Below, in pieces: positions 48,646 through 57,787 of a DNA stretch of 64,000 nucleotides. Made by a program: the position numbers and the translations under genes. Location of the stretch: positions 1,696,001-1,760,000 of the forward strand of contig OZ253462.1 in NCBI GenBank assembly GCA_965261395.1, read 5' to 3'. This stretch comes from Candidatus Latescibacterota bacterium. Its GTDB lineage: Bacteria > Latescibacterota > UBA2968 > UBA8231. How positions within the stretch are numbered: position 1 is the first letter of the stretch; each line of letters begins with the position of its first letter. The notes below the pieces were generated by a model. It was not told where the DNA came from. It saw nothing but the letters and a program-made list of their open reading frames with translations, and did no database searches.

Positions 48646-51351
48646 TTATAAACTCCGCTCCAAACCGGCCTCCAGCGCGGCCTCAATCCGCGCCTTGGTC
48701 TCTTCGAGGTGGGCGCGGCTATACGCATCCAGACCGCTGCCATCCAGCCGCGTCTCGATCTGGGCGGCGATGGTCTGTAAATCCGCCCGGGCCAAGGTGC
48801 GAGCGTCCTCGGGCGTGCCCCAGGCGGGCCTGAGCACCAGCCCGATCAGTTTTTGTAGCTGTGCCCGCTGCAGGTTGCGGCGAAAGCTGTCGATGGAGTC
48901 ACCCGTCTCCAACTCCGCCCAGATAGCCTGCCGCAGTCCAGCAAACAGATCGACCATCCCGAAGGTCTCGTCGCCTTCGTAGCGCAGCTCCAGATCCTGT
49001 AGTCGGCTCAACAGAGTTGGATCGTAGAACCGGTCGAGCGGTCGCCGTTGGATGCGCAGCACGATATCGTGGATGGGATAGTCGATCCGATGCACGTCGA
49101 ACACCGACCAAGTGAAATCCACCCAGCGCTCCGGTGCCAGCTTGTTGAGCAGCTCCGGCGACCAACTAAAGGCGTCCGGCCCGAACACGTGCTCCACCAA
49201 AAAGTCGAGGGCCTCTCGCTGCCGGGCGGGCGGCACCGGCTGTAGCGGGAGCCGTCCATCGCCCACGTGGTCGCGGTAGTGGTAGATGCCGCCGATGTAG
49301 CGGCTGACATTGCCCGCCCCCGAAAAGTAGGGCCTAAAGCCCCAGCCAAATACTCGCCGCAGAGTTTGATAGCGCTCGCCCTTCTGCTCGAATTTGTCCT
49401 CCACCTTGGCCCACAGCTCTTTCGACAGAGCGATCTGGTCGCGGTAGTGGGCGATTGGGTCGTCGCGCAAGTCCCAGCGCGCCGCGCTCGGGTCGATCCC
49501 CCGGGTCCAGTACAGGGCGTCCTCGTCCGTGCCGTAGGCCAGATCTTTCTCCGCGACTTGGCCGGCGATCTTGGCCAGTTGGGCCTGCTCGCTCGCGGGA
49601 CTGTCTGCCTCTACTGGCCGGTAGGCGTATTCGATGGCCCAGTAGTCGTACGGCCCCAGCGTCGTCTGGTAGTATTCCCCCTGCTTATGGCCCTCTGGGG
49701 CGATATTGACCGGATTGTAGTCCATCACCGAGCTAGAGATGCCCTCTTTGTCGGTGACGCGACGGTCGTGTAGCTCGTCGAGCGCGTGGATGGTGCTGCC
49801 TTTGAAATTGTGCCGCAGGCCGAGGGTGTGGCCCACTTCGTGCGCTATCAACTCGACGATTAGCTGGCGGATGAACTCCTTTTCATCCACCTCGCCTCCG
49901 CCGGCCGCGGCCCGAACTTCCAGCAAGTGCCACCCGAAAGCGGCCTCCTGCCGCAGCCCGTCGGCCATGTCGCAGAATCCCCTGCTGTAGTTCCCGGTCA
50001 GCCCCATAGCCGCGGCGAGCGAATCAGGCCCTCGTCCCACAGGATCGACCAGTTCGGTGAACTCTAAGTGGGCATAGCGGATAAAGTCCGCGCTGATCCG
50101 TATATCGGCGTCGAAAATCTCGCCGGTAAAGGGATTGGTACGCGACGGCCCCACCGCGTACCCCTGGCCGGGCTGCACCATCCAGCGCACCGAGTTGTAG
50201 CGCACGTCGGCTGCGTCCCACTCGGCGTCGTCCGGCTGCTGCTTTGCCACAATCGCCCCCTCAAAGCCGAGCGGCTCGAATGCCTTGTTCCACACCAAGA
50301 TCCCCTCTTGCACCGCTTGCCGGTACTCCGGTGGAATCGTGTTTTCCAGCCAGAATACAATCGGCTTTTTGGGAGGCGACCGCTTGAACTTGGGCTCGGC
50401 TTTCTCCAGATGCCAGCGATTGATGTAGCGCACGTACGGGTCGTCCTTGAGCACCGAGGTGTAGTCCTGGTGCAAGGTCGTGAAATGCCCCACTCGGTCG
50501 TCGGCCAAGCGCGGGCGAAAATCCGACTCGGGCAGACTGGACAGGCTGTAGTGATAGATGTGCTGGAAACTCCGCGTATCCGCTAGGGTGGGGATGTCTC
50601 TTTGAGGTGAGTCGGTCGCAAAGTGCAGCACCACGTCGATTTCGGTATTGTGCGGGAAATTCTTCAACGCGCCGAAATAGCTGTTGTCGTTGTCGAAGCT
50701 ATACGAACCCTTTTTGAGGTACTCGCTGAAGAAGGAACTTACCAAGGCGATGTCCTGAACGAAGAAATCATTCGGGTCTACCAACACCGCGCCGGTCTCG
50801 GGATGGGGCTGCCCTTCAATGCTGCCGACGCCGAGAATCGAGTCGGACAGGCCCCGGTCCACGGCTCGGTGGATGGCTGCGTCCGGCTCGGCCCGGTAGT
50901 ACACATTCTTGTGGGCGAAGAATACCTTTTTGCCGACCCGCTGAAAAACAAAGGGAAACGTGCCCCAGCCCCGACCTATGGAGACCAGTGAGGCCGAATC
51001 AAAGAAGTAGCCGTCTCCCTGCGTGCGCGTGATGCTGCACAGGTAGATCTGGTCGAACTGCTCGGGCCGAATGGCCAAGAACACTTTGTTTTCTTCTGGA
51101 TCCCGGTACAGGTCGAACAGGCCTTCGATCTTGTCAAAGTCCTTGATTGCTTTCGCAAATTTGGGGCCTTTGTCCTCATCTTCTTCATCTTCTTCGTCTT
51201 CTTCGTCTTCTTCATCTTCCTTCCCTTCCTCTTCGTCCTTCTCAGCGGCCTCTTCTTCGACGGCCTCCTCTTTTTCCTCCTCCGCCCAGATGGTCCCCAC
51301 CCCCCATAAGCCGAGGATGGCGACCAGCAATATCCATTTTAATGCGCGCAT
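48646..51351 (-). CDS. Secreted zinc-dependent metalloprotease (DUF5117/DUF4953, metzincin-like)
   Basis: Signal peptide, acidic E/D tract, HEVGHTLGLRHNF and SSSVMDY Met-turn. Confidence 0.92.
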   Translation of the reverse strand: MRALKWILLVAILGLWGVGTIWAEEEKEEAVEEEAAEKDEEEGKEDEEDEEDEEDEEDEDKGPKFAKAIKDFDKIEGLFDLYRDPEENKVFLAIRPEQFDQIYLCSITRTQGDGYFFDSASLVSIGRGWGTFPFVFQRVGKKVFFAHKNVYYRAEPDAAIHRAVDRGLSDSILGVGSIEGQPHPETGAVLVDPNDFFVQDIALVSSFFSEYLKKGSYSFDNDNSYFGALKNFPHNTEIDVVLHFATDSPQRDIPTLADTRSFQHIYHYSLSSLPESDFRPRLADDRVGHFTTLHQDYTSVLKDDPYVRYINRWHLEKAEPKFKRSPPKKPIVFWLENTIPPEYRQAVQEGILVWNKAFEPLGFEGAIVAKQQPDDAEWDAADVRYNSVRWMVQPGQGYAVGPSRTNPFTGEIFDADIRISADFIRYAHLEFTELVDPVGRGPDSLAAAMGLTGNYSRGFCDMADGLRQEAAFGWHLLEVRAAAGGGEVDEKEFIRQLIVELIAHEVGHTLGLRHNFKGSTIHALDELHDRRVTDKEGISSSVMDYNPVNIAPEGHKQGEYYQTTLGPYDYWAIEYAYRPVEADSPASEQAQLAKIAGQVAEKDLAYGTDEDALYWTRGIDPSAARWDLRDDPIAHYRDQIALSKELWAKVEDKFEQKGERYQTLRRVFGWGFRPYFSGAGNVSRYIGGIYHYRDHVGDGRLPLQPVPPARQREALDFLVEHVFGPDAFSWSPELLNKLAPERWVDFTWSVFDVHRIDYPIHDIVLRIQRRPLDRFYDPTLLSRLQDLELRYEGDETFGMVDLFAGLRQAIWAELETGDSIDSFRRNLQRAQLQKLIGLVLRPAWGTPEDARTLARADLQTIAAQIETRLDGSGLDAYSRAHLEETKARIEAALEAGLERSL

Positions 51352-51392
51352 AGTACTAATCAGCTCCATCTCAACGTGCCTCACGGTTTGGA

Positions 51393-51812
51393 TTATTCAC
51401 AGTAAACTCGGACCTTGTTGTCCTCGTCTTGGATATTGACCTCGATATCGCTTAGTGCGTCTATGAGCTGATCGAGGTCCTCGGTTCGCAGGTTGTGAAT
51501 GTCGATGTCGATGCCGTTTTTCTCCATCGTCTTGTTGATTCCCTGCGCTGCCTGATCCGGAAGCAAGTTGTGCAGCTTGACTCAGGCCTTGATCAGCGCC
51601 AACGGCACCCGGACATCAATGTGCTCCTCCCCGTCCGAGTCGATGGTGACCCTCAGATATCGAGCCGCTCCCGTGCGTGGAGGTGCTAGCGGCTGCACCA
51701 CTGTGGTCACCTCTGGCCCCTCGTCAACGAGGGAAATCAGGCGCTCGGCCTCATCGACGGACACCTTGCCCTCCGATAGCATCTCGAGTACGCGTCTGCT
51801 GTTTGCGTTCAT
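51393..51812 (-). pseudogene. SHOCT-like (YvlB/LiaX N-terminal-type) protein with an in-frame TGA at 51582-51584
   Basis: RRVLEMLSEGKVSVDEAERLI; frame continues past the TGA as VKLHNLLPDQ...EDNKVRVYCE*. Confidence 0.75.
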
Positions 51813-51836
51813 GGCGGTCCTCCTGTTTGCGTTTGG

Positions 51837-52886
51837 CTACTGAATTGCAATGGAGCCGTTCACGGTCTTGGCGATCAGTTCGGCCTCGCCTTCGCCTACC
51901 GTTCCTTGGAGTTTGTGGCGCTTCTCGACCGCTGCGACGAAGCCCGGTATTTCGCAGCGGACTCGCCCGTTGACCGTCGCAGCCGTTAGCTTGAGGCTCG
52001 GCTCGGCGTCTAGGGCTACCTTGATGTTGCCGTTCGAGGTGAATAGTCTGTTGTCGTTTCCAGGCGCCATGCTCCCCTGTAATTTTATCGATCCATTGGT
52101 CGTCCGCGCATCGAAGCGGCCGTGTGCGTCCTCTATGGACACGCGACTGTTTACGGTGGCGAGTTCCGCCGAGCCTGAGAGCGTCTTGACCGTGATTGGG
52201 GCGTTCTTGGTCGTCGCGTTCAGGTCGCCCCTGAAATTTTCGACCCTTATGGGCCCGTTCTTGGTCTGCACCGCCCCACCGCCTTCCGTTCCTTGGAGTT
52301 CCACCGGCCCGTTGCTAGTCGCCAAGTCAACGCTAGTCGCGACGGGCACCGTCACCTCAATGTTTGCTCCAGAGTGCTGGCGGGAGAATCCGTGCAGGAA
52401 TCCCTCGGATTGCTGATCAGGCTTAGCCTCGACCGTGACGAGGTCGCCTTCCTGCACGGCGCTGTACTTGAGTCCGTGAGGTTTTTTCAGCTTGGCCCGC
52501 ACGCGAATCGAGCCGGGTTCGCCGGCATGGACCCGGATGCGGCCGTTGAAGCCGCGCACCACGAGACGCGGGTTGTCGCCCACTGCGAAAGTGTCGTCGC
52601 GCATGGACGTCTTGCCGTCCTTGTCGCGGGCGTCGTTTTCGCTCTCTGACCACCCTAGGGATTCTTCGAGTCCTTCGAGTCCTTTTTCGAGTCCTTTTTC
52701 GATTTCTTCTCCGAGTCCTTCGAGGGGGTCTTGCAGCGCTCCCACGCTAGGTATCGGAGGTATCGGCCCCTTGCGGGCTTCGCGGTGGGTGCCTTGCAGC
52801 GCCTCCAAGAGACGCTCGGCCTCTTCTACAGTTACCTTCCCCTCCGCGAGCATGTCGAGGACTCTGCGTCGCTCTTCAGTCATCAC
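51837..52886 (-). CDS. SHOCT-like N-terminus plus DUF4097 beta-strand repeat protein (LiaX/YvlB-like)
   Basis: EERRRVLDMLAEGKVTVEEAERLL; repeated T-x-N-G-x-I units. Confidence 0.85.
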   Translation of the reverse strand: MMTEERRRVLDMLAEGKVTVEEAERLLEALQGTHREARKGPIPPIPSVGALQDPLEGLGEEIEKGLEKGLEGLEESLGWSESENDARDKDGKTSMRDDTFAVGDNPRLVVRGFNGRIRVHAGEPGSIRVRAKLKKPHGLKYSAVQEGDLVTVEAKPDQQSEGFLHGFSRQHSGANIEVTVPVATSVDLATSNGPVELQGTEGGGAVQTKNGPIRVENFRGDLNATTKNAPITVKTLSGSAELATVNSRVSIEDAHGRFDARTTNGSIKLQGSMAPGNDNRLFTSNGNIKVALDAEPSLKLTAATVNGRVRCEIPGFVAAVEKRHKLQGTVGEGEAELIAKTVNGSIAIQ

Positions 52887-52892
52887 AGCCTC

Positions 52893-53168
52893 CTAGTCGA
52901 TTGAAATGAACACGCGATCCTCGCCAGAGGCCACGTTGCAGCGTAGGCCGCGCAACGAGGCAAGCACGTATAGAAGTAAAGGGCCAGCCAGCAGGACGGA
53001 ACGACCCCGAGTGCGATGCCCCGAGCGCGCCGCTACTAGTACTGCTACAGGTGTCCCCAGCAGCACCACGACGGCAATGACCGGCCATAGCACTATGAGC
53101 GGGATCCACAGCCGAATGCGGCGTTTGTCACCTTGGACCCGTACTCTCAGAAACATCGGTGGCAGCAT
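52893..53168 (-). CDS. Small membrane protein
   Basis: IRLWIPL plus hydrophobic segments; start overlaps the upstream stop. Confidence 0.7.
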   Translation of the reverse strand: MLPPMFLRVRVQGDKRRIRLWIPLIVLWPVIAVVVLLGTPVAVLVAARSGHRTRGRSVLLAGPLLLYVLASLRGLRCNVASGEDRVFISID

Positions 53169-53557
53169 CAGGAGAGCCTCCGCAGCGCCTCTTCGACGTC
53201 GATATCGCCGCTTTCTAGGCTGTCGAGTACTGCCGTCGATTGAGGATTTGAGCGTGGTGGGCTAGCCGATTCTGTGGTTCGAGGTACCGTCTCGACGAAC
53301 TGTAGCTGCTCTGCAATGGCATTCAACCGGTTCTTAACCGTCGGGTAGCTGATGCCAAATATGCGCTCCATCTCTTTGATCGAGCCGTGGACTTGGACGA
53401 AGGCCATTGCGAATACCTGGTCCTCGGCGGAAAGACGCGCCAAAATAGGCAGCTCGAATTGCCCTTCGATCGCGATGTCGCTGTCCGGCAAGGAAACCCG
53501 TTCCACTACGATACGCGCCCCCTGCGTCAGATCGGTTAGCTCTTTCCAGTCTTTGAT
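53168..53557 (-). CDS. DUF2089-family HTH protein
   Basis: IEGQF...GSIKEMERIFGISYPTVKNRL and VLDSLESGDIDVEEAL. The codon 7 nt after GGAGG is ATC (53557), not ATG. Confidence 0.8.
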   Translation of the reverse strand: MKDWKELTDLTQGARIVVERVSLPDSDIAIEGQFELPILARLSAEDQVFAMAFVQVHGSIKEMERIFGISYPTVKNRLNAIAEQLQFVETVPRTTESASPPRSNPQSTAVLDSLESGDIDVEEALRRLS

Positions 53558-53590
53558 GGCGATACCTCCAAATAATTAAATTTAGGCGTA

Positions 53591-53644
53591 ATTATAGCCA
53601 TATATTTAAAAAGTCAATTATTAAATTGATAAAATTAATTTTAT
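53591..53644 (-). promoter_or_regulatory. AT-rich promoter/operator region of the DUF2089 operon
   Basis: Minus-strand TTGACT-N15-TATAAT (53617-53591); perfect palindrome ATAAAATTAATTTTAT at 53629-53644. Confidence 0.5.
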
Positions 53645-53684
53645 TGATCTTCTGGATTGACTATACTCGGAGGGGATTTGGACA

Positions 53685-54800
53685 CTAGTCGTCCTCCACG
53701 GCTGCCGATACCGCGTTGGAAACCCGCCGCAACAGGCTCCCGTTGGCGACCATTTGGTTGGTCAGCACCACGCAGCTTAGCTGGCGATCCGCGTCCGCCC
53801 ACGCCACCGTGCCAGTCGCCCCGGTGTGGCCGAAGGTGTGCGGCGGGACCAGATCGCCCCAAAACGCCCACACCCGCGCCCCGCACACGCCCCACCCAAG
53901 ACCCCACGGCGCGTCGAGCGTGCCGTTCTGGTCCCGCGTCATCGCCGCGACCGCGGCGCGGCTGAAAATGCGCTGGTCGCCGTACGCGCCGCCGTTGAGC
54001 ATGGTTTGCAAGAGGACCGCCAGATCGCGTCCGGTGCTGTGCATGCCGCCCCACGGTGCCCCGAAATCGCGCCAGTACGGGGAATTCCACCCCCAACTCC
54101 GCAGCTCTTCGTCCTCTTCGGTGTCCGTCCCGCACCACACGGTATCTTCAATCGGCCAATCGCCCATGCCCAACGCGCTGCGCTCCATGCCCAACGGCGC
54201 GAAAATTTCCTCGCGTTCAAAGTCGCGCAACCGCTGGCCGCTGACGCGCTCGACGATCGCGGCCGCCAGCAGGATGCCCTTGCTCTGGTAGCGAAAATCG
54301 GTCGCCGGTTTGTAGAGCAGAGGCGTCTGCATGGCGCGCTCGACAAAGACCTCTACCGGCTCGTGTGCCCGCCGCAGGCTGACGTTCTCCGGCAGCATGT
54401 CGGGCATACCCGATATGTGCGATAGCAGGTGGCGGACTTTGATGGAGGGCCGGTCGCCGCCTGTGAACTCGGGCAGGTAGTCGGCGGCCGAGTCTTCAAG
54501 CGAGATCAGCCCGCGGTCAACTAGGATCATCAGCGCGCAAGCGGTGACCGGCTTGGTGATCGACGCGAGGAGAAAGATCGAGTCCGCATCGACCGGCTGG
54601 CCGGTGTTAGGTTTCCGCTGGCCGGCCCCTCGTGCGAAGACCTCTTGGCCGTGCCGCGCTACCGTCAGCGAGGCCGCGCTGATCTGGCCCGCCTCGATAG
54701 CAGCCGTGAGCAGGCCGAAGGCCCGTTTGAGTTGGGCGGCCGAGATGCCGACAGCCGCTGGGTCGCCCGTTTGTAAAACCGTTCCGTCCGTTGTCATCAC
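53685..54800 (-). CDS. Serine hydrolase, beta-lactamase (class C-like) family
   Basis: SITK (SxxK), LLSHISG, YQS, GHTG motifs. Confidence 0.9.
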   Translation of the reverse strand: MMTTDGTVLQTGDPAAVGISAAQLKRAFGLLTAAIEAGQISAASLTVARHGQEVFARGAGQRKPNTGQPVDADSIFLLASITKPVTACALMILVDRGLISLEDSAADYLPEFTGGDRPSIKVRHLLSHISGMPDMLPENVSLRRAHEPVEVFVERAMQTPLLYKPATDFRYQSKGILLAAAIVERVSGQRLRDFEREEIFAPLGMERSALGMGDWPIEDTVWCGTDTEEDEELRSWGWNSPYWRDFGAPWGGMHSTGRDLAVLLQTMLNGGAYGDQRIFSRAAVAAMTRDQNGTLDAPWGLGWGVCGARVWAFWGDLVPPHTFGHTGATGTVAWADADRQLSCVVLTNQMVANGSLLRRVSNAVSAAVEDD

Positions 54801-54833
54801 GTGCTCCTTTTCTTTGGAATATAAAGCGCGACA

Positions 54834-55547
54834 TTAACCAACTAACCCGACCACTTCCCTCAACCCCGCCACCACTCGCACCCCGTCCTCCGTCCATTCT
54901 GGCTTTGCCGGAGAGCCATCCGCGCCGAGCGACCGCCGGATCAACACCGGCCGCAGCCCCGCAGCCTTGGCCCCCGCTACGTCGTCTTCCGGGGAATCGC
55001 CGACGAAGAGCGCCTCGTCAGCCACCAACCCCGTCTGCTCCAGTGCCGGGGTAAAAATTGCCGGATCGGGCTTTTTGACGCCGGCATCACCGGAGACGAC
55101 CACTGCGTCGAAAAAGGGGCGCAACGCCAGCTCGTCTAGCAACCGATGGACGTGCGGCGGATGGTCGAAGTTGGAAATCAGCGCCAGCTTGTAGCGGCCT
55201 TGCAATTCGCCCAGCACGCTTTTGGCCTCTCGGTCGAGCGGCGTGTGTGCGTGCCACGCCGCCACGCTCGCTACGGTGATCCGCCGCAATTCCTCTAACT
55301 CCAACGCCAAGCCCAACTCGCGCATGCGACGTTCGTACACGGTTAGTCCGTCATCCTGTACCGGCGGCTCGGGTTGGAGCAAGAATTCCTCGCATAGTCG
55401 GATCAATGTTTCTTCATCAAACGCACGGCCACTAGCGATCAGCTCGCGGCGTATGGCATGGAACCAACTCTCTCCCGCGGCTTCCATATTGCCGTAGCGC
55501 AATAACGTGCCGTATAGGTCGAAGAAAACTCCCCGTATTTCAGTCAT
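54834..55547 (-). CDS. HAD-superfamily hydrolase
   Basis: FDLYGTL, ISN, KPDPAIF, VGDSPEDD. Confidence 0.92.
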   Translation of the reverse strand: MTEIRGVFFDLYGTLLRYGNMEAAGESWFHAIRRELIASGRAFDEETLIRLCEEFLLQPEPPVQDDGLTVYERRMRELGLALELEELRRITVASVAAWHAHTPLDREAKSVLGELQGRYKLALISNFDHPPHVHRLLDELALRPFFDAVVVSGDAGVKKPDPAIFTPALEQTGLVADEALFVGDSPEDDVAGAKAAGLRPVLIRRSLGADGSPAKPEWTEDGVRVVAGLREVVGLVG

Positions 55548-55687
55548 CCTGACGCCCTCAGGTCGTGAGACCCAACCCTTTGAGGGTTGGGAGGTACGAT
55601 TCGATTACTTTAGCCTAGACAAACCTATTTTTTTCTTGTGTGGGTCACTCGCAATGATTGTACTTAACTGACATTACGCACGGCACC

Positions 55688-55785
55688 TAGGTATGAGATA
55701 CTTCGACTCCGCTCCGCTCAGCATGACAGAGGCTGGCGCGCTTCTTCCTTGTCATGCTGAGCGTACGCGAAGCATCCCATACCTA
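55688..55785. repeat. REP-like palindromic doublet
   Basis: CGCTCAGCATGACA ... TGTCATGCTGAGCG inverted pair with outer TAGGTATG/CATACCTA arms. Confidence 0.75.
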
Positions 55786-55820
55786 AGAGGTCGGTGCGTA
55801 ACATCACGTACTTAATTCTT

Positions 55821-56936
55821 GTGAAGCGAATAATCCAAATCCAATTGCTCCCTTCTGTGGAGCAAGCCCAAGTGCTTGAGGCGACCATGCGTCGCTTTAA
55901 CGAGGCGTGTACTTGGGTCGCCAAAAAAGCGTTTGAGCGCCAGTTGGCGAATCGCTTTTTGCTGCACAAACACTTCTATTACGAGACCCGCGAGCGCTTT
56001 GGCCTTCTAGCCCAGATGGCCTGCCTGACCTTTGCCCAGGTGGCGCGTGCCTATAAGCGAGACAAGACCCAGCAGGTGTCGTTTCGCCCGATGGCCGCCA
56101 TGCCCTACGATCGACACCTGTTGCGCTACGTGGGCCTCGACAAGGTCTCGCTTTCTACCCTCGGCGGTCGTATGGTGGTGCCGATGGTCATGGGACGCTA
56201 CCAAGCCAACCAATTTGCCTCCATCAAGTTGTATGCCGAACTGGTCCGTCGGCGCGATGGCAAGTGGTTTTTGATGGCTACGGTTGAGCAGCCGGACAAT
56301 CCTATGATGGAGCCGGACGACTTCTTGGGCGTCGACTTGGGCGTCGAGAACTTGGCCACGGACTCCGATGGCCAACGGCATAGTGGCAGCGCGGTTGAGC
56401 ACATCCGCCTGAAGTGCCATTCGCTGCGCCAGCGCCTTCAGTCGAAGGCAGATCGGGCCAAGAACCACCGCGCTCGCAAGCGCCTTCGCAAGAAGCTGCA
56501 CCGGCGAGCCCGCAAAGAATCCAACTTTCGTCGCAACACCAACCATATCCTCTCCAAGCGCATTGTTGAGAAGGCTAAAGACACCGGGCGCGGCATTTCC
56601 CTCGAAGATCTCAAGGGTATCCGCGCCCGGCTCCGGTTTCGCAAGCCTCAACGATCACGCATGGCTGGCTGGGCTTTCAACCAGCTCCGGCAGTTTATCG
56701 CCTATAAAGCTCAGGCTGCTGGTGTGCTGGTCCAGATGATTGATCCCAAGCATACGAGTCAGATGTGTTCCCAATGCGGACATATCGAGCGGGCTAATCG
56801 CTCCTTTCAATCTCGGTTTGGTTGCCGTCGGTGTGGCTTCGTTGACCATGCCGATGTCAATGCTGCCCGGAACATCCGGGTTAGGGCGCTTGTCAACGCG
56901 CCTATCGTTTCAGCCTACTCCGCCTCGGCGGGGTGA
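55821..56936 (+). CDS. tnpB: TnpB RNA-guided endonuclease
   Basis: RuvC-I GVDLG, RuvC-II LEDL, zinc finger CSQC...CRRC, RuvC-III ADVNAARNI, all intact. Confidence 0.95.
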   Translation: MKRIIQIQLLPSVEQAQVLEATMRRFNEACTWVAKKAFERQLANRFLLHKHFYYETRERFGLLAQMACLTFAQVARAYKRDKTQQVSFRPMAAMPYDRHLLRYVGLDKVSLSTLGGRMVVPMVMGRYQANQFASIKLYAELVRRRDGKWFLMATVEQPDNPMMEPDDFLGVDLGVENLATDSDGQRHSGSAVEHIRLKCHSLRQRLQSKADRAKNHRARKRLRKKLHRRARKESNFRRNTNHILSKRIVEKAKDTGRGISLEDLKGIRARLRFRKPQRSRMAGWAFNQLRQFIAYKAQAAGVLVQMIDPKHTSQMCSQCGHIERANRSFQSRFGCRRCGFVDHADVNAARNIRVRALVNAPIVSAYSASAG

Positions 56937-57049
56937 GCTAGGGACAAGCCCAAGTCTTCAGACGTGGGCGGTTGACTGATTGTCTTTCTAATTTGGCTTA
57001 GGACGAAACTTGCTCGCGTCCGCAACTAGATAGCGTCTGCGCGGCACAA

Positions 57050-57685
57050 TCACAACCTCTTGCCCACCCACAGGGCACCTCGGCGCACCACTTCCTGGAA
57101 GGAGGGGTTTTCCAGCACCGCGTTGTCGTGGCCCAAGGCAAAGAAGAACACTCGACCCTGACCATAGGTGTGGTGATAGGCCATGACGTGGGTCTCGTCG
57201 CGGCCGGGGTCATAGGCGTGCATGAGGTGGTGCGAGCGGCTCGGATCGTGCTTGAGGTAGTGCAACTCGTCGGTCACGGCAAAGTCTTCGAGACCGGTGG
57301 CAATGGGATGATCGGAGTCGGAGATGGTGACGGTGAAATCCATGTACGGGCTGTGGCCGTCGAAGAAGCCGTTGAGCATTTGGTGATAGCCGGCGTTGTC
57401 GCGGAAGGAGGCGTCCGCAGTGTGCAGGCCAAAGAAGCCACCGCCGCGTTCGATAAAGTGCAAAAGCCCCTGTTCCTGAGCTTGGGTGAAGTGGCCGACA
57501 TCCGTGAAGAAGAGGGTGGCGTCATACGCGTTGAGGCCGCTGGCCATAATCTCGTAGTCGCGCGCGAGCTCGGCCTCAATCTGGGCGTCTTGGTTCAGCA
57601 GGTCGGTCAGAAATCGGCCTTGGCCTTCGTGGTCGTGGTAGATGCCTTCGGTGCCGACGAATACTAATAGTTTAACGGGAGCCAT
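57050..57685 (-). CDS. ThuA-domain protein
   Basis: GGGFFGLH, HPIATGLEDF.VTDELH, GQGRVFFFALGH, RGALW. Confidence 0.9.
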   Translation of the reverse strand: MAPVKLLVFVGTEGIYHDHEGQGRFLTDLLNQDAQIEAELARDYEIMASGLNAYDATLFFTDVGHFTQAQEQGLLHFIERGGGFFGLHTADASFRDNAGYHQMLNGFFDGHSPYMDFTVTISDSDHPIATGLEDFAVTDELHYLKHDPSRSHHLMHAYDPGRDETHVMAYHHTYGQGRVFFFALGHDNAVLENPSFQEVVRRGALWVGKRL

Positions 57686-57724
57686 GACGGGTTTCTCCTT
57701 TTTGCTATTGGGTTAGTTGGGAGA

Positions 57725-57785
57725 CGGTAGAGGAGTGCCAGCGTCCATGCGACGGATCAGACTTGGGACGCGGGAATGTGCCCCA
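57725..57785 (-). pseudogene. Degenerate fragment of the ABC permease gene at 61458..62252
   Basis: CAGACTTGGGACGCGGGAATGTGCCCCA (~57758-57785) versus CAGACTTGAGACGCGGGAATGTGTCCCA (61561-61588), plus shorter collinear matches upstream. Confidence 0.7.
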
Positions 57786-57787
57786 CA

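Larger units (their letters stand above)
55560..56976 (+). mobile_element. IS200/IS605 family element carrying tnpB only (IS1341-like)
   Basis: Left hairpin CCCAACCCT-TTG-AGGGTTGGG (55571-55591); right hairpin GCCCAAGTCTTCAGACGTGGGC then GGTTGAC ending 56976. Left boundary approximate. Confidence 0.8.

Noticed and set aside
51175-51285. GAA/GAT-rich microsatellite as a phase-variation locus
   Set aside because: It encodes an in-frame acidic linker; triplet-based slippage would not switch the gene off.
51582-51584. TGA recoded as Gly/Trp (alternative genetic code) or Sec
   Set aside because: Many intact genes here end in TGA, and this position is not a Cys/redox motif, so a nonsense change or error is simpler.
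53685-54800. Antibiotic-resistance beta-lactamase
   Set aside because: Motifs support only the broad serine hydrolase family; no signal peptide and no mobile resistance context.
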